Position numbers and translations under genes: made by a program
Origin: Lacipirellulaceae bacterium
GTDB taxonomy: Bacteria > Planctomycetota > Planctomycetia > Pirellulales > Lacipirellulaceae
NCBI GenBank assembly: GCA_035545135.1
Contig: DASZZA010000271.1
Location: forward strand, 1-34,965
Length of the DNA: 34,965 nucleotides
Direction of reading: 5' to 3'
Part shown: positions 13,664 through 22,763 of the stretch, one piece after another
How positions within the stretch are numbered: position 1 is the first letter of the stretch
How the letters are laid out: each line of letters begins with the position of its first letter
The notes under the pieces: generated by a model
Told to the model about the DNA's origin: nothing
Seen by the model: only the letters and a program-made list of their open reading frames with translations
Database searches by the model: none

Positions 13664-15697
13664 TCAGTATTTCCCGTCCGGCGCCCAGCGATAGCGGTTA
13701 AGTCCGAGACGAACGAACGAGCCAATGTCATTGCCCGACATTTTGATCGCCATTTCCCGGCCGCGAATCCTGGGGTTCAAGAACTTCGTCGATTTCGTAA
13801 ATGTGTAAGGCCCGTAGGTGCGAATTGATCCACCGGGGTAATATCGTGAATAGAACGTCACTTCGACATTGGCGTCCTGATCGCCGTTGATCAGACCAAA
13901 CCGCATGTCCGGTAAGAACCAATCGACAAACGGAATGTCGGAGCCTTCGTTGATCGCCCAGAACCCGGTTTCAAACGACCATGCAATGGGCTGACCGTCT
14001 GCGTCTTGGCCTTCCTCGTGCTGGTAGATGATCCCGCTTGGGGAAGTTGCGATCGGATTTCCGAGCACGGATTGATCGATCCACGACGACCGTTTCAGAG
14101 AGCCGTAATCCCACGAGCCTTCAATGACGTTCAGTTTGACGTAGGAGTCGTTTTCTCCCGTCCCGCCAGACTTTGACGGATAAAACCACCACACCTCATT
14201 GAAGCAGGTGTTGGGCGCGGCGCGGCACTTGAAGGCATTGTCGGTATCCAGATCTTGGAACACTTCATCCCAGACCGGGCATGGAATCGGCGTTGCGCCT
14301 GAAGCCGTCAGGGTGAAGAAATTGGACTGCCCCATCCAAAAGACTTGTCCTCCTAACTGGGTCATGCCGTGCGATGAGATGAGGCCGCAGTTCGAGCCAA
14401 CCTTGTTCAACCCAAACACCAAGGGAGGGCCGACATACTGCAACGCCCACACATCGAGATCGGTCCAGATCAAGGCGTTCTGGGCGCTTTGCATGCCGCC
14501 GATAATCTTGGAACCGGTCGGAATTCTGAGAGAACCGGCCTGAGTGAGTTCGGAGACCGTCCAGTTTGTGAAGTCCAACTGATCCGACCACTTCAACAAT
14601 AACGGGTCTTGGTCCGTGCCGATGTTCTGGGTTGAGGTCGAGCCCCACGCCACGAGGATTTGCGCCGGCATGGCGACAAAGATTCCGCCGTTGAACGGAG
14701 GCCCGGTCGAAACCAACTGTGCGTTTTCAAAGCCCCCGTTCGGCTGCCACGAATAAATACCCCCGTTAGCCGGGCAGAACAGCAGAAACGGTCCCCAGTT
14801 GTCGGAGGTGTAATCCACCGCGGTAATCGGATCGCCAACCTGATTGCCGGTTGAACTGCCAGTTCCGTAGCCGCCATCGCCGTAGGGTCCGATGCCGTAA
14901 CCTGTTCCGGCAGAACCTGGACCAATGGTGATGTCGTAGACAATCTCTGCGTCGCCAGAGTTCATCGAGACGGTTTCTGTCGTTGCTGCAGCCTGATCGG
15001 CAATGATTGTAAAAACGCTCGCGCTGGTGATTTCGGCAGCGGGGTACGTGCCGAAGATCGTGACCCCTCCAACCGTTGTCGGAATCGGGAAGTTGATCGT
15101 GTCGCCTTTTGCCAACCCATGATCGGCCAAAGTCACGCTAACGCCTGAACTTCCTGAGGCAGAATCGAACACCGGAACCGTCCCGCCACCGGTGACATCT
15201 GCGGTGGCGTTGGCATGGGCGACGATGCGGTATTTGTGCGTGTCGAGAGAAAGCGAAATCTGATAAAGACCGGAGAGAATTAAACCTCCGACACTGACCG
15301 GCGTGTTGAAGTAGACGCTATCAAAGATTGTAACGTCCGTAACGTTCGGATCTGTAATATCGACGTTCGGAGAGCCGTTGGTCGTATCGAAAGCTGGCGT
15401 AAAGTCCGTGATGAGCTGTTGCGGGGTAATGTCCTGCAGAAAGCCGTTCGAGATGACGCCGGCTTCTGTGGTTGTTCCGACGAACAAACGTCCGGTTTCG
15501 TTCAAGTCCTGCCACGCGTGCAGATCACGGGGAACGCCGCCAACGGCAAATGAATAGTATTTCTTCCATCCCCCTATCTTCTGAACCAAACCCTCCTTCC
15601 AGCGAATGAAGGATGAGAATGAGTAACCGGCCTGATTCAGCGTCTGCGTTTTTTCGCGATCTATGCCAGGAATCAATCGGACTTCAGCAAAGGGCAT
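13664..15697 (-). CDS. Tail tubular B / nozzle-like protein
   Basis: 677-aa ORF with SD AAGAGG. It follows a roughly 250-aa gene, as T7 gp12 follows gp11, and precedes the internal virion proteins. The call rests on size and synteny only. Confidence 0.5.
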   Translation of the reverse strand: MPFAEVRLIPGIDREKTQTLNQAGYSFSSFIRWKEGLVQKIGGWKKYYSFAVGGVPRDLHAWQDLNETGRLFVGTTTEAGVISNGFLQDITPQQLITDFTPAFDTTNGSPNVDITDPNVTDVTIFDSVYFNTPVSVGGLILSGLYQISLSLDTHKYRIVAHANATADVTGGGTVPVFDSASGSSGVSVTLADHGLAKGDTINFPIPTTVGGVTIFGTYPAAEITSASVFTIIADQAAATTETVSMNSGDAEIVYDITIGPGSAGTGYGIGPYGDGGYGTGSSTGNQVGDPITAVDYTSDNWGPFLLFCPANGGIYSWQPNGGFENAQLVSTGPPFNGGIFVAMPAQILVAWGSTSTQNIGTDQDPLLLKWSDQLDFTNWTVSELTQAGSLRIPTGSKIIGGMQSAQNALIWTDLDVWALQYVGPPLVFGLNKVGSNCGLISSHGMTQLGGQVFWMGQSNFFTLTASGATPIPCPVWDEVFQDLDTDNAFKCRAAPNTCFNEVWWFYPSKSGGTGENDSYVKLNVIEGSWDYGSLKRSSWIDQSVLGNPIATSPSGIIYQHEEGQDADGQPIAWSFETGFWAINEGSDIPFVDWFLPDMRFGLINGDQDANVEVTFYSRYYPGGSIRTYGPYTFTKSTKFLNPRIRGREMAIKMSGNDIGSFVRLGLNRYRWAPDGKY

Positions 15698-15702
15698 GTG
15701 CT

Positions 15703-16446
15703 CTAGCCTCTTTGAGCCGAGGCGAAGTTTTCAGGCTGCGCCGACGTCCACGATGCGGCTGCAAATCTCTGGCGTGCGTCCACCAGATCGGCTGATTTGA
15801 ATAGAGTCTGATAGGTATTTTCCCACGATTGGGCCATCTTCGGATCATCGGATTGGCTTCCAAAATTGTGCTGGAATCCGGTCATGAACACCATCGACGC
15901 AGCCACAAACAGATCCCAGAGGTACAGAGTCAGATACGTTGTGGTGTTGTCGGCTGACAGTGGCGTCGGATTGACCGTTCCGATGACTTCGACATTGTAA
16001 GTGTCGTCCGGCGCTGGCCCGACCAAGACGTCGGTCGTCTGTCCCTTGACGTTGTTCTGCGTCAGCATCGCGAACATGGTCGGAATGGATGGGGCTGTTG
16101 GGGCTTGTTCGGTCGGCCACAGCATGTCCATGACCTCGGGAGAGACGGGAGTCAGAGGGACGCGTGTGCCGTCTGCGGGCAAGGTGTTGGCCGGTGTGAT
16201 GGCGTTCAGCTGGCGGACGACGTTGAACTGTCCGATATTGGAAGGCAGCGTAAAACTGCGGCTGTTGGCCGTCAGCGTTCCTGTGTCGCGAATGACCGTC
16301 GAGATGAAATCCGCTTCCCGGTAAATCCGATTTTCGGCATACGCTATGCATGTCGGCAGAATCTGGACAAAGTTCGGGTCTGTCTCGTCATACCCTGTCA
16401 TGTTGGCTAGGGTGGTGACGTAGAGCGCGTAGTCGAAGTTTGGCAT
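15703..16446 (-). CDS. Tail tubular A / adaptor-like protein
   Basis: 247-aa ORF directly upstream of the nozzle-like gene. The call rests on synteny only. Confidence 0.4.
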   Translation of the reverse strand: MPNFDYALYVTTLANMTGYDETDPNFVQILPTCIAYAENRIYREADFISTVIRDTGTLTANSRSFTLPSNIGQFNVVRQLNAITPANTLPADGTRVPLTPVSPEVMDMLWPTEQAPTAPSIPTMFAMLTQNNVKGQTTDVLVGPAPDDTYNVEVIGTVNPTPLSADNTTTYLTLYLWDLFVAASMVFMTGFQHNFGSQSDDPKMAQSWENTYQTLFKSADLVDARQRFAAASWTSAQPENFASAQRG

Positions 16447-16583
16447 GGCTTACCGATGCGCCCCCATTCCGTGATCTGCATCTGGGCTCCGATCCCGATC
16501 TGGCATTGGAGCAAGGACACTTCCGCAAAGGTTAGTGAAAAATCCCGGCAATGCGCACCTGAAACGATGCGAGGTTGATGTCG
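16407..16583 (-). pseudogene. Start-less diverged copy (copy B) of the 65-aa ORF at 2911-3108
   Basis: The open frame reads RHQPRIVSGAHCRDFSLTFAEVSLLQCQIGIGAQMQITEW... It is preceded by in-frame TAA and TGA, has no ATG/GTG/TTG before the conserved core, and runs into the start of the 247-aa gene. Confidence 0.45.
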
Positions 16584-16676
16584 TCAATCTTAGTCCCACT
16601 TCGCGCTTGGAATTTTTTCCTAAGGCAAAACTCAAACGGCTCTGGCGAGACCAAGGACTTCTCGCGAGGATGCGCC

Positions 16677-16826
16677 TTAAGCTTCGGCAATCGGTATCCC
16701 GTGATCGAGAATTTGGGCATAATGCCTATTCTTTGGATCAGGCGGGATGAAGGTCTGCATTCCGTCAACCGTGGCAACTAGACCAGTATGGTCCGCGTCC
16801 ACCCACCTTACCTCAGTTATTTCCAT
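16677..16826 (-). CDS. 49-aa protein immediately after the long fibre gene (not in the supplied ORF track)
   Basis: TAAATG junction with the 894-aa gene. Translation by hand: MEITEVRWVDADHTGLVATVDGMQTFIPPDPKNRHYAQILDHGIPIAEA. Confidence 0.5.
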   Translation of the reverse strand: MEITEVRWVDADHTGLVATVDGMQTFIPPDPKNRHYAQILDHGIPIAEA

Positions 16827-19511
16827 TTACAATCTCGCATCGAATTGAATTGTTTGGGCGCCTATCCAAACTCCTGGATTGCTCCCAACACCTCCGGTGA
16901 TCGTCAGATCAACATAAACAATCCCACTGTAGACGGCCCGCACACTCAACGCGCTCGGTGTGATGTTTGACCCGGCGACCTGATAGGTCGTACTCGCAAG
17001 GGCGGTGGTCACTGTGGGGAGAGTCCGAAACAAAGCAGGTACTGGAATCTTGATCCGCCCGGATGTAGAACCCTGTGTATAACCAAAGCCGTAAGGGTCC
17101 GTGACATTATTTTGCAAGTAATAGTAATATCGGCAGCACGCGAGGAAATCGGCATCCGGCGCGGGCGGCTCAAAAATTGCGGGAGCCGTAGTGCCTGCCC
17201 CGAAGAATACATTCCCGATATCAAGTGTTGTCGTCTGGGCCTGAGTGCTGTCGGTCCAGAAGAAGATGATCAGGTTGTTCATTGACGAACTAACGGTGCC
17301 GCTGAGCGTGATAGTGGTCAACGTGTTGGAGGCCAACGCCGTTGAGCCCGTTGCGGTGATCGTTGTGTTTGATGAAATGAAGAAATTTCCGGGCGTATAG
17401 GTCGAAGATGACCAGTTGTTGACGATATTTTTCGTCAGGCTATCGGCTGTTCCGGTCCACTCAACAATCGCATAGCGAAGCGTTGTTGCCGCTGACATTC
17501 TGACGCGCGCCGAGAGTGAAACGGCTTTGCCGCGCAGATCATTGACAAACGAGAATTCGAACGGCTGCGCTACCCCGTATCTCTGCGCCGAGGCATTGTC
17601 TTGGGTAAACCGCATCATGTACGGCGTACCGTCTTCGACGAGCGTCAATTGACTTGGCGTTATGGGATTGGATTGCGTCAGGGCGTACCACTGATCGAAG
17701 CCGGTATAATTGCCGTTCGAGGTCGATGCGAGGCCCGCTTGTGAATATTGCCCCATAGGATTGATGGTTCGAAGCCGGGCGTGCGGCGACGACCCGTTGA
17801 TCGTCGTGACGCCAGTAAGATTTCCGGAGCCGTCTTCTGATACGGCCGATGGAACGGGCGTGCTTCCGGCTCCACCTCCGCGCACCAAAGCATTGGCTGT
17901 GAGCGCCACAGATGATGCCACTGTTCCAGATGCCGTGAACCCGAGGATACCTCCTGAAGTTCCAGATGTAAGACCGGTGCCCCCATTGCTCGGGAGAAGC
18001 GTTCCATCAATCGTGATCGTACCTGAGGTCGTAATAGGGCCGCCCGACGTCGTGAGCCCGGTTGTTCCGCCTGAAACATCGACAGATGTTACGGTGCCGG
18101 TTCCTTCGACCGCGGTCCACACTGGATCGGCCGCTGGCCCTCCCGAAGATAAGACTTCGCCGGATGCCCCAGGCGCTAAGGCAGACCACGCCGAGGCGCC
18201 GCGATAAAGGATCGTTCCCTGCGTACTGCTGATAAAATCGAGAACCGAAGCCAGAGTTTTAAACGTGGGATCGGCTCCGGTGTTTCCGGCCAGAATGCTG
18301 CCATCCGCACCAACCGACGTGGCAGTCACGGCGCTGGTGCCTTGGCCGAGGAGAACGCCGTGCGACGCCAGCGTGCCAACGCCGATACCGCCACGCGCGA
18401 CGGATAACGTTCCGGTCCAACCCAATGTCAGTGATGTGGCCGCCAGCAATGACGCTGCCGGTGTGCCTCCCAACGTCAACGTAACGTTGGTATCATTTGT
18501 GCGCGTGAGGGCTTGACCGCTAGCGATATCGCTTGCCGAAAGCTGTGAGACGGTGATTGCCGCGCCGGTCGAGGACTGACGTAGAACCTGACTCGTGCCG
18601 CCCGTTGCACTCAAATCGGCATTGGTGCCACCGCGCTCAAGACCTAAGAGTCCGGTCCAACCCGCGGTAATCGACGACGCTGCGAGTAATGCCGTTGTCG
18701 AGCTTCCACCGAGCGTCAAGGTTATGTTGGTGTCGTCGGCCGTCGTCAGGGCTTTGCCGAGAACCGCCGCGCCGTCTTGGAACGTCGGATCGGCACTAGT
18801 CCCGTTGCTGGTCAGAATTTGACCGCTGGAGCCCGTACCAGTGACATTGACCCCGGATGTCCCGGCTCCCACCAAAACGCCGTGTGCGTCTAACGTTGCT
18901 CGTCCTGTGCCGCCTCTTGGAACAGAGAGTTGACCTTTCCATCCGAGAGTCAAAGACGCGGCATTGACAAGCGACGTGCTGGCATCGCCACCGAGAGTCA
19001 GGGTGACGTTCGTATCGTCGGTTTTCGTGAGAGCTACACCGCCGCCAAGAATGTCGGCGTTGACGAGACTGCGGAACGTTGGAACGGCGTCGCTACCCGT
19101 CGCCGGACCGGCGAACACCTGATTGGCGCTCTGAACGATCAAATCTCCGGTCAGAGTTCCCGACGATGTAACCGGAGAGCCGGAAACAGAGAACAATGAT
19201 CCCGGAAGTGCGAGCCCGACGCTCGTAACGGAGCCTGCGGTATTCGGAACCCACGTCGGATTCGCATCCGGTCCTTGCGTTGAAAGGACGTAGCCAGCGG
19301 TTCCGGGGCCAAGGCTATCCCATTGCAGCGCGCCGCGATAAAGAACGGAGCCCTGAACCTTAGTGATCTGATCGAGATTGCCCTGTAATCCCGACAGGGT
19401 GACGACGTTGACGCGCTCGGTCGGACTTCCATTCGTGCTTGCAGTCGGCACCCAATAGCTATTGTCCACTCCGATCGCGACCGGGAGGTTCAAGATAGGT
19501 GTGGTTGCCAT
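16827..19511 (-). CDS. Long tail fibre protein with three internal repeats of about 80-90 aa and a distinct C-terminal domain
   Basis: 894 aa. Repeats contain TDDTNVTLTLGG...GW.G.L...RGGTG...GVL.G.GTS. The C-terminal roughly 330 aa are non-repetitive and beta-rich in appearance. Confidence 0.8.
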   Translation of the reverse strand: MATTPILNLPVAIGVDNSYWVPTASTNGSPTERVNVVTLSGLQGNLDQITKVQGSVLYRGALQWDSLGPGTAGYVLSTQGPDANPTWVPNTAGSVTSVGLALPGSLFSVSGSPVTSSGTLTGDLIVQSANQVFAGPATGSDAVPTFRSLVNADILGGGVALTKTDDTNVTLTLGGDASTSLVNAASLTLGWKGQLSVPRGGTGRATLDAHGVLVGAGTSGVNVTGTGSSGQILTSNGTSADPTFQDGAAVLGKALTTADDTNITLTLGGSSTTALLAASSITAGWTGLLGLERGGTNADLSATGGTSQVLRQSSTGAAITVSQLSASDIASGQALTRTNDTNVTLTLGGTPAASLLAATSLTLGWTGTLSVARGGIGVGTLASHGVLLGQGTSAVTATSVGADGSILAGNTGADPTFKTLASVLDFISSTQGTILYRGASAWSALAPGASGEVLSSGGPAADPVWTAVEGTGTVTSVDVSGGTTGLTTSGGPITTSGTITIDGTLLPSNGGTGLTSGTSGGILGFTASGTVASSVALTANALVRGGGAGSTPVPSAVSEDGSGNLTGVTTINGSSPHARLRTINPMGQYSQAGLASTSNGNYTGFDQWYALTQSNPITPSQLTLVEDGTPYMMRFTQDNASAQRYGVAQPFEFSFVNDLRGKAVSLSARVRMSAATTLRYAIVEWTGTADSLTKNIVNNWSSSTYTPGNFFISSNTTITATGSTALASNTLTTITLSGTVSSSMNNLIIFFWTDSTQAQTTTLDIGNVFFGAGTTAPAIFEPPAPDADFLACCRYYYYLQNNVTDPYGFGYTQGSTSGRIKIPVPALFRTLPTVTTALASTTYQVAGSNITPSALSVRAVYSGIVYVDLTITGGVGSNPGVWIGAQTIQFDARL
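18254..19034 (-). repeat. Three tandem in-frame repeat units inside the 894-aa fibre gene
   Basis: Units start near aa 160, 254 and 334: LTKTDDTNVTLTLGG, LTTADDTNITLTLGG, LTRTNDTNVTLTLGG. Confidence 0.8.
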
Positions 19512-19513
19512 GC

Positions 19514-19927
19514 TCAGTCCGATGACGATGTATTTGGCGGATCGACCCCGTTGTTCGGGTCGTTTGGAACGTCCGAAAAATTCTGGGACGCATCATCGAC
19601 GACAATCTTGATGTCGTCCTGCGTCGTGATGATTTCGAGATCTTGCGTCGCGAGGTAATCCACCTCATCGAGCATGTAGGGTTCTGGCCGTGCGTTCCGT
19701 TTCGGAAGCGGATCGGCCGGCAGAGGAATGTTGCGGAATTGATATTGCAGATCGTCGGTGCAGATTTCACAGACGCGAAGCTGCGTGTTGATCGTGTTCA
19801 GGCCGTTGATGGCGTATTGGAACTGAAGATCGCGCAAGTTGTAGAGCACTCCGCAACGGTCGCAAATTCCGAACGCCTGCGGGTTTTCTTCGTCAACCCG
19901 AGCCCGGCCATGCGGTCTCCGAAGCAT
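19514..19927 (-). CDS. CxxC...CxxC zinc-ribbon protein (short paralogue)
   Basis: 137 aa. Its N-terminal roughly 90 aa align with the upstream gene product: RPHGRARVD..AFGICDRCGVLYNL...VCEIC..NARPEPY.LDE. Confidence 0.7.
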   Translation of the reverse strand: MLRRPHGRARVDEENPQAFGICDRCGVLYNLRDLQFQYAINGLNTINTQLRVCEICTDDLQYQFRNIPLPADPLPKRNARPEPYMLDEVDYLATQDLEIITTQDDIKIVVDDASQNFSDVPNDPNNGVDPPNTSSSD

Positions 19928-20568
19928 TAGGACACCACCACTTGCAGGCTACCGATTTCAAACGCCGCGCCGTTGTAAAGAACGACCGTCAACGGATTGA
20001 ACAAGGGCGCTGATGCAATGAGATTTCCTTCGGTCTCGGCATCAAAGACGGCCACGTAATCGACGTTCACACTGGCAATCGCACTGTCGGTAAAGCCCAC
20101 TTCCGAAGTGTTGGCAGCGATGTTTTCAACCGGCATACCAAATGACCCTCCGGCGTTGGGACGCACGCTTGATCCGGTAATGCCGGAAAGAACACTGACG
20201 CCCGTTGTCGAAGGATCGCCAAGATACAGATCGAGATAGAAGTCTGCCGGGATCGAACTCCCGCTATAGAGGATTTCCGCCGAGAGATTTTGCACCGGGC
20301 CGGTTTCATCGAGGGCGTAGTATTCCGGTCGGGCGTTGAAGATGGGATCGGGATCAGGTGGAAGGATCGTTGCGGTAAGCTGCGGTTGCGGGACGTCAAG
20401 GCACGGTCGGCAAACAAGAAGGTTCAAATTGACGAGGCCGACGCCAGCAAATTGATACTGCCAATGCAGCCGGTCGAGATTGTAAAGACACCCGCAACGA
20501 TCGCATACGCCGAAGGCTTCCGGTTGCCGTGGGTCAACCTCTGCTCTACCGTGCGGGCGCCAAGGCAT
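19927..20568 (-). CDS. CxxC...CxxC zinc-ribbon protein (long paralogue)
   Basis: 213 aa with RPHGRAEVD..AFGVCDRCGCLYNL...VCRPC..NARPEYYALDE. TAATG overlap with the next gene. Confidence 0.7.
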   Translation of the reverse strand: MPWRPHGRAEVDPRQPEAFGVCDRCGCLYNLDRLHWQYQFAGVGLVNLNLLVCRPCLDVPQPQLTATILPPDPDPIFNARPEYYALDETGPVQNLSAEILYSGSSIPADFYLDLYLGDPSTTGVSVLSGITGSSVRPNAGGSFGMPVENIAANTSEVGFTDSAIASVNVDYVAVFDAETEGNLIASAPLFNPLTVVLYNGAAFEIGSLQVVVS

Positions 20569-20571
20569 TTG

Positions 20572-21294
20572 TCAGCGCCCGTAGTACGTGCCGAGGGCCG
20601 GAAAAATGTAGGTTGGGACATCTTCGACATCCTGACGCGAAGCAATCTGCCAGTCTCTCTCGGCATCAGCCTGAAGATCTTTAATAGCGCCGGGACCAAA
20701 CGTCTTCACGAGTTGATCTGGATAGATCCTTCCGAGACGTGCGGCCAATGCTGATGTGAACGCATCAAACCACCGATATGGAATCTGCGGCTGAACACCG
20801 CTTGGAAGTTTGGCATCCTGCACCTGAGAAAGAATGCGCAACTTCACGACGTATGTCGCGCTGTCGTCGGGAACCTGCCAGAGAACCAGCTTAGGCACTA
20901 TCTCGCGGTCCCACCAGAACGTTGTCGGCTGTGCCTGCGTTTCTTTGTCCGGCAAACTTGCGTATTCGAAAGTGGAAATCGGGTTGAGGATGCGGTCGAA
21001 TGTTTGACCACCATTGCCAGGATCGACGGTCATGTAGACCGCCATAGGCGAGATCATTCGTGCTGGCAGTTCGTATGTGGACTGCCCTTGAACGAGAGGC
21101 ACCTCGTAGGTCTCCGCAGTCCAAAGATTGGGCTGCCTGCTCGCCCATGATACCTGCAAGAGGTTTGCTTCGCTAGCCGCGTCCGCCAAATGTTGCTGCG
21201 TAATCTCCGAGCGGCGAATGAGACAGCGGCCGAATGCGAGTAGCGCCAGATCGCCAACGCTGGGGGAATAATCGTACGTCGAACTGAAGGTCAT
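20572..21294 (-). CDS. Virion protein, possibly a head-tail adaptor or head-completion protein
   Basis: 240-aa ORF in the capsid-to-tail transition. No diagnostic motif seen. Confidence 0.4.
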   Translation of the reverse strand: MTFSSTYDYSPSVGDLALLAFGRCLIRRSEITQQHLADAASEANLLQVSWASRQPNLWTAETYEVPLVQGQSTYELPARMISPMAVYMTVDPGNGGQTFDRILNPISTFEYASLPDKETQAQPTTFWWDREIVPKLVLWQVPDDSATYVVKLRILSQVQDAKLPSGVQPQIPYRWFDAFTSALAARLGRIYPDQLVKTFGPGAIKDLQADAERDWQIASRQDVEDVPTYIFPALGTYYGR

Positions 21295-21297
21295 GGC

Positions 21298-22248
21298 CTA
21301 GCAGCCCACCAAGCCAGCCTGGATGTAGGTCGTCGTGACGGAAGCAGGCGCGGTTTCGGAGTTGATGAGAACCCGGCTCCCGAACACCGGATCGTTCATC
21401 GTCGTGACGAAATCGTCTGTTTTGGTCTTTGCCGTGCCGTCGTCAAACCAAGTCGGCGTGACTTTGTTCGGGTCGTCGTAGGTCCATTGAACGGTGTAGC
21501 TGATCGTTCCCGAGACGACGGACGCGACCGAGATATTCACCGGCTGCGCGTGATAGTTCAGCGAGACGAAACCGCTTGAGCCCACACCGTTGGTGCCGAC
21601 CGTGACGGCATCGTCTGAAGCGCCGGACGCCGTGATCTGAGATACGCTCTGGAAGTGATTGACGGTCGTGGCCGCATCCGTGACAGCGCCTGTCACCGTT
21701 TCGACAAGCGGATTTCCACCTGCGTTTGTGCCTGTGATCGTGAAGGTAATCCCCGAGTCATCGCCAGCCGAGGCAATGGAAACTTGTCGTGCCGTTCCAA
21801 GGTCAGCAATCTGGGCTATACCATTTGTTCCGACCGTGACGTTGCCCGATGTAGCAGCGGAGACCGTGACGCTGGTGACCTGATGGAACAAGGTCTGCGT
21901 TGCGACGACACTGGCGTTGGCGCCGGTTACCGTTTCCGAAGCAAACGAATAGCCGTCCACCCCAAGGCCAGAAACCGTGAACGTGATATCGGAATCGTCG
22001 GCCGCCGATGTGATGGTGACCGGCTTGCCATAGATGTAGGCCACACCGCTTGAGGCGGCAGAACCATTGATCGTCAGAGCGCCGGCCGCACCTTTGGACT
22101 GTGAAGCACAGATGTTATTGGCGACGGCACCCGCAGACAGAGCACCATTGATCGCAAGAGCGCCAGCGGCCGGAATGGTCTGTGACGTTGAAATCCCATC
22201 CGCATCCAAATCTGCCAGAGCGACGGTGACGACGATTGGTTGACCCAT
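21298..22248 (-). CDS. Virion structural protein with two tandem repeats of about 66 aa
   Basis: VTITSAADDSDITFTVSG...ETVTGAN...VTVGTNG compares with VSIASAGDDSGITFTITG...ETVTGAV...VTVGTNG. Confidence 0.65.
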   Translation of the reverse strand: MGQPIVVTVALADLDADGISTSQTIPAAGALAINGALSAGAVANNICASQSKGAAGALTINGSAASSGVAYIYGKPVTITSAADDSDITFTVSGLGVDGYSFASETVTGANASVVATQTLFHQVTSVTVSAATSGNVTVGTNGIAQIADLGTARQVSIASAGDDSGITFTITGTNAGGNPLVETVTGAVTDAATTVNHFQSVSQITASGASDDAVTVGTNGVGSSGFVSLNYHAQPVNISVASVVSGTISYTVQWTYDDPNKVTPTWFDDGTAKTKTDDFVTTMNDPVFGSRVLINSETAPASVTTTYIQAGLVGC

Positions 22249-22251
22249 AGT

Positions 22252-22449
22252 CTAGCCCTTCCCGATGCCCGGAAACTTGCGCTTCACCGCGCTGCGAACC
22301 TTCGCTTTTTCTTCACTCGATCCGTGTTGACTGACTCTCGCCAAAGCATTCCTGGCGTGATTGGCGTCTTCGATTGGATAGCGTCGGCCCGGAAGCGCGA
22401 AGTCGTCTTTCGGGAGCGCGTTGCGCCCCTTAGCTGTCAGCTTTGCCAT
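22252..22449 (-). CDS. Small basic hypothetical protein
   Basis: The internal ATG at 22449, with an AGGA SD, gives MAKLTAKGRNALPKDDFALPGRRYPIEDANHARNALARV... Confidence 0.55.
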   Translation of the reverse strand: MAKLTAKGRNALPKDDFALPGRRYPIEDANHARNALARVSQHGSSEEKAKVRSAVKRKFPGIGKG

Positions 22450-22521
22450 GTTCGAATCCTGTTGATGGAAGCGCGCTGCTCGGGAAGATCCCTCAACCTC
22501 CCGAGCAACCACGCACAACTA

Positions 22522-22758
22522 TCAGCACCCCTTCGCGGCAGAAGACAGCGGAGCCATATCAGCCCCTACTCGTCCGCCGCGTTTACGGCCCGGGCGATCA
22601 AGGCGCATTCTTGCCTTGAACCCCTGAACCGGGGGCATCTCGTTGTCTTCCTTCTCTGCTGCTGGATCTTTGAAGGTTTCAGGCCCGTTGAACTTGGGCT
22701 TTTCACCTTTCGGAGATCCAAACGGAGAGTAAGGCTTTTTGAGCTTGCGACCCTTCAT
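22522..22758 (-). CDS. Small basic hypothetical protein carrying an RGGRVG motif
   Basis: 78-aa ORF, Lys/Pro-rich, containing RKRGGRVGADM. Confidence 0.55.
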   Translation of the reverse strand: MKGRKLKKPYSPFGSPKGEKPKFNGPETFKDPAAEKEDNEMPPVQGFKARMRLDRPGRKRGGRVGADMAPLSSAAKGC

Positions 22759-22763
22759 GGCCT

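Noticed and set aside
16532-16777. 81-aa minus-strand ORF, and a frameshift at the A6 run (about 16610-16615) to join it to copy B.
   Set aside because: The ORF overlaps the better-placed 49-aa gene out of frame. A -1 shift at the A-run would hit TAA and TGA in the target frame before reaching the conserved core.
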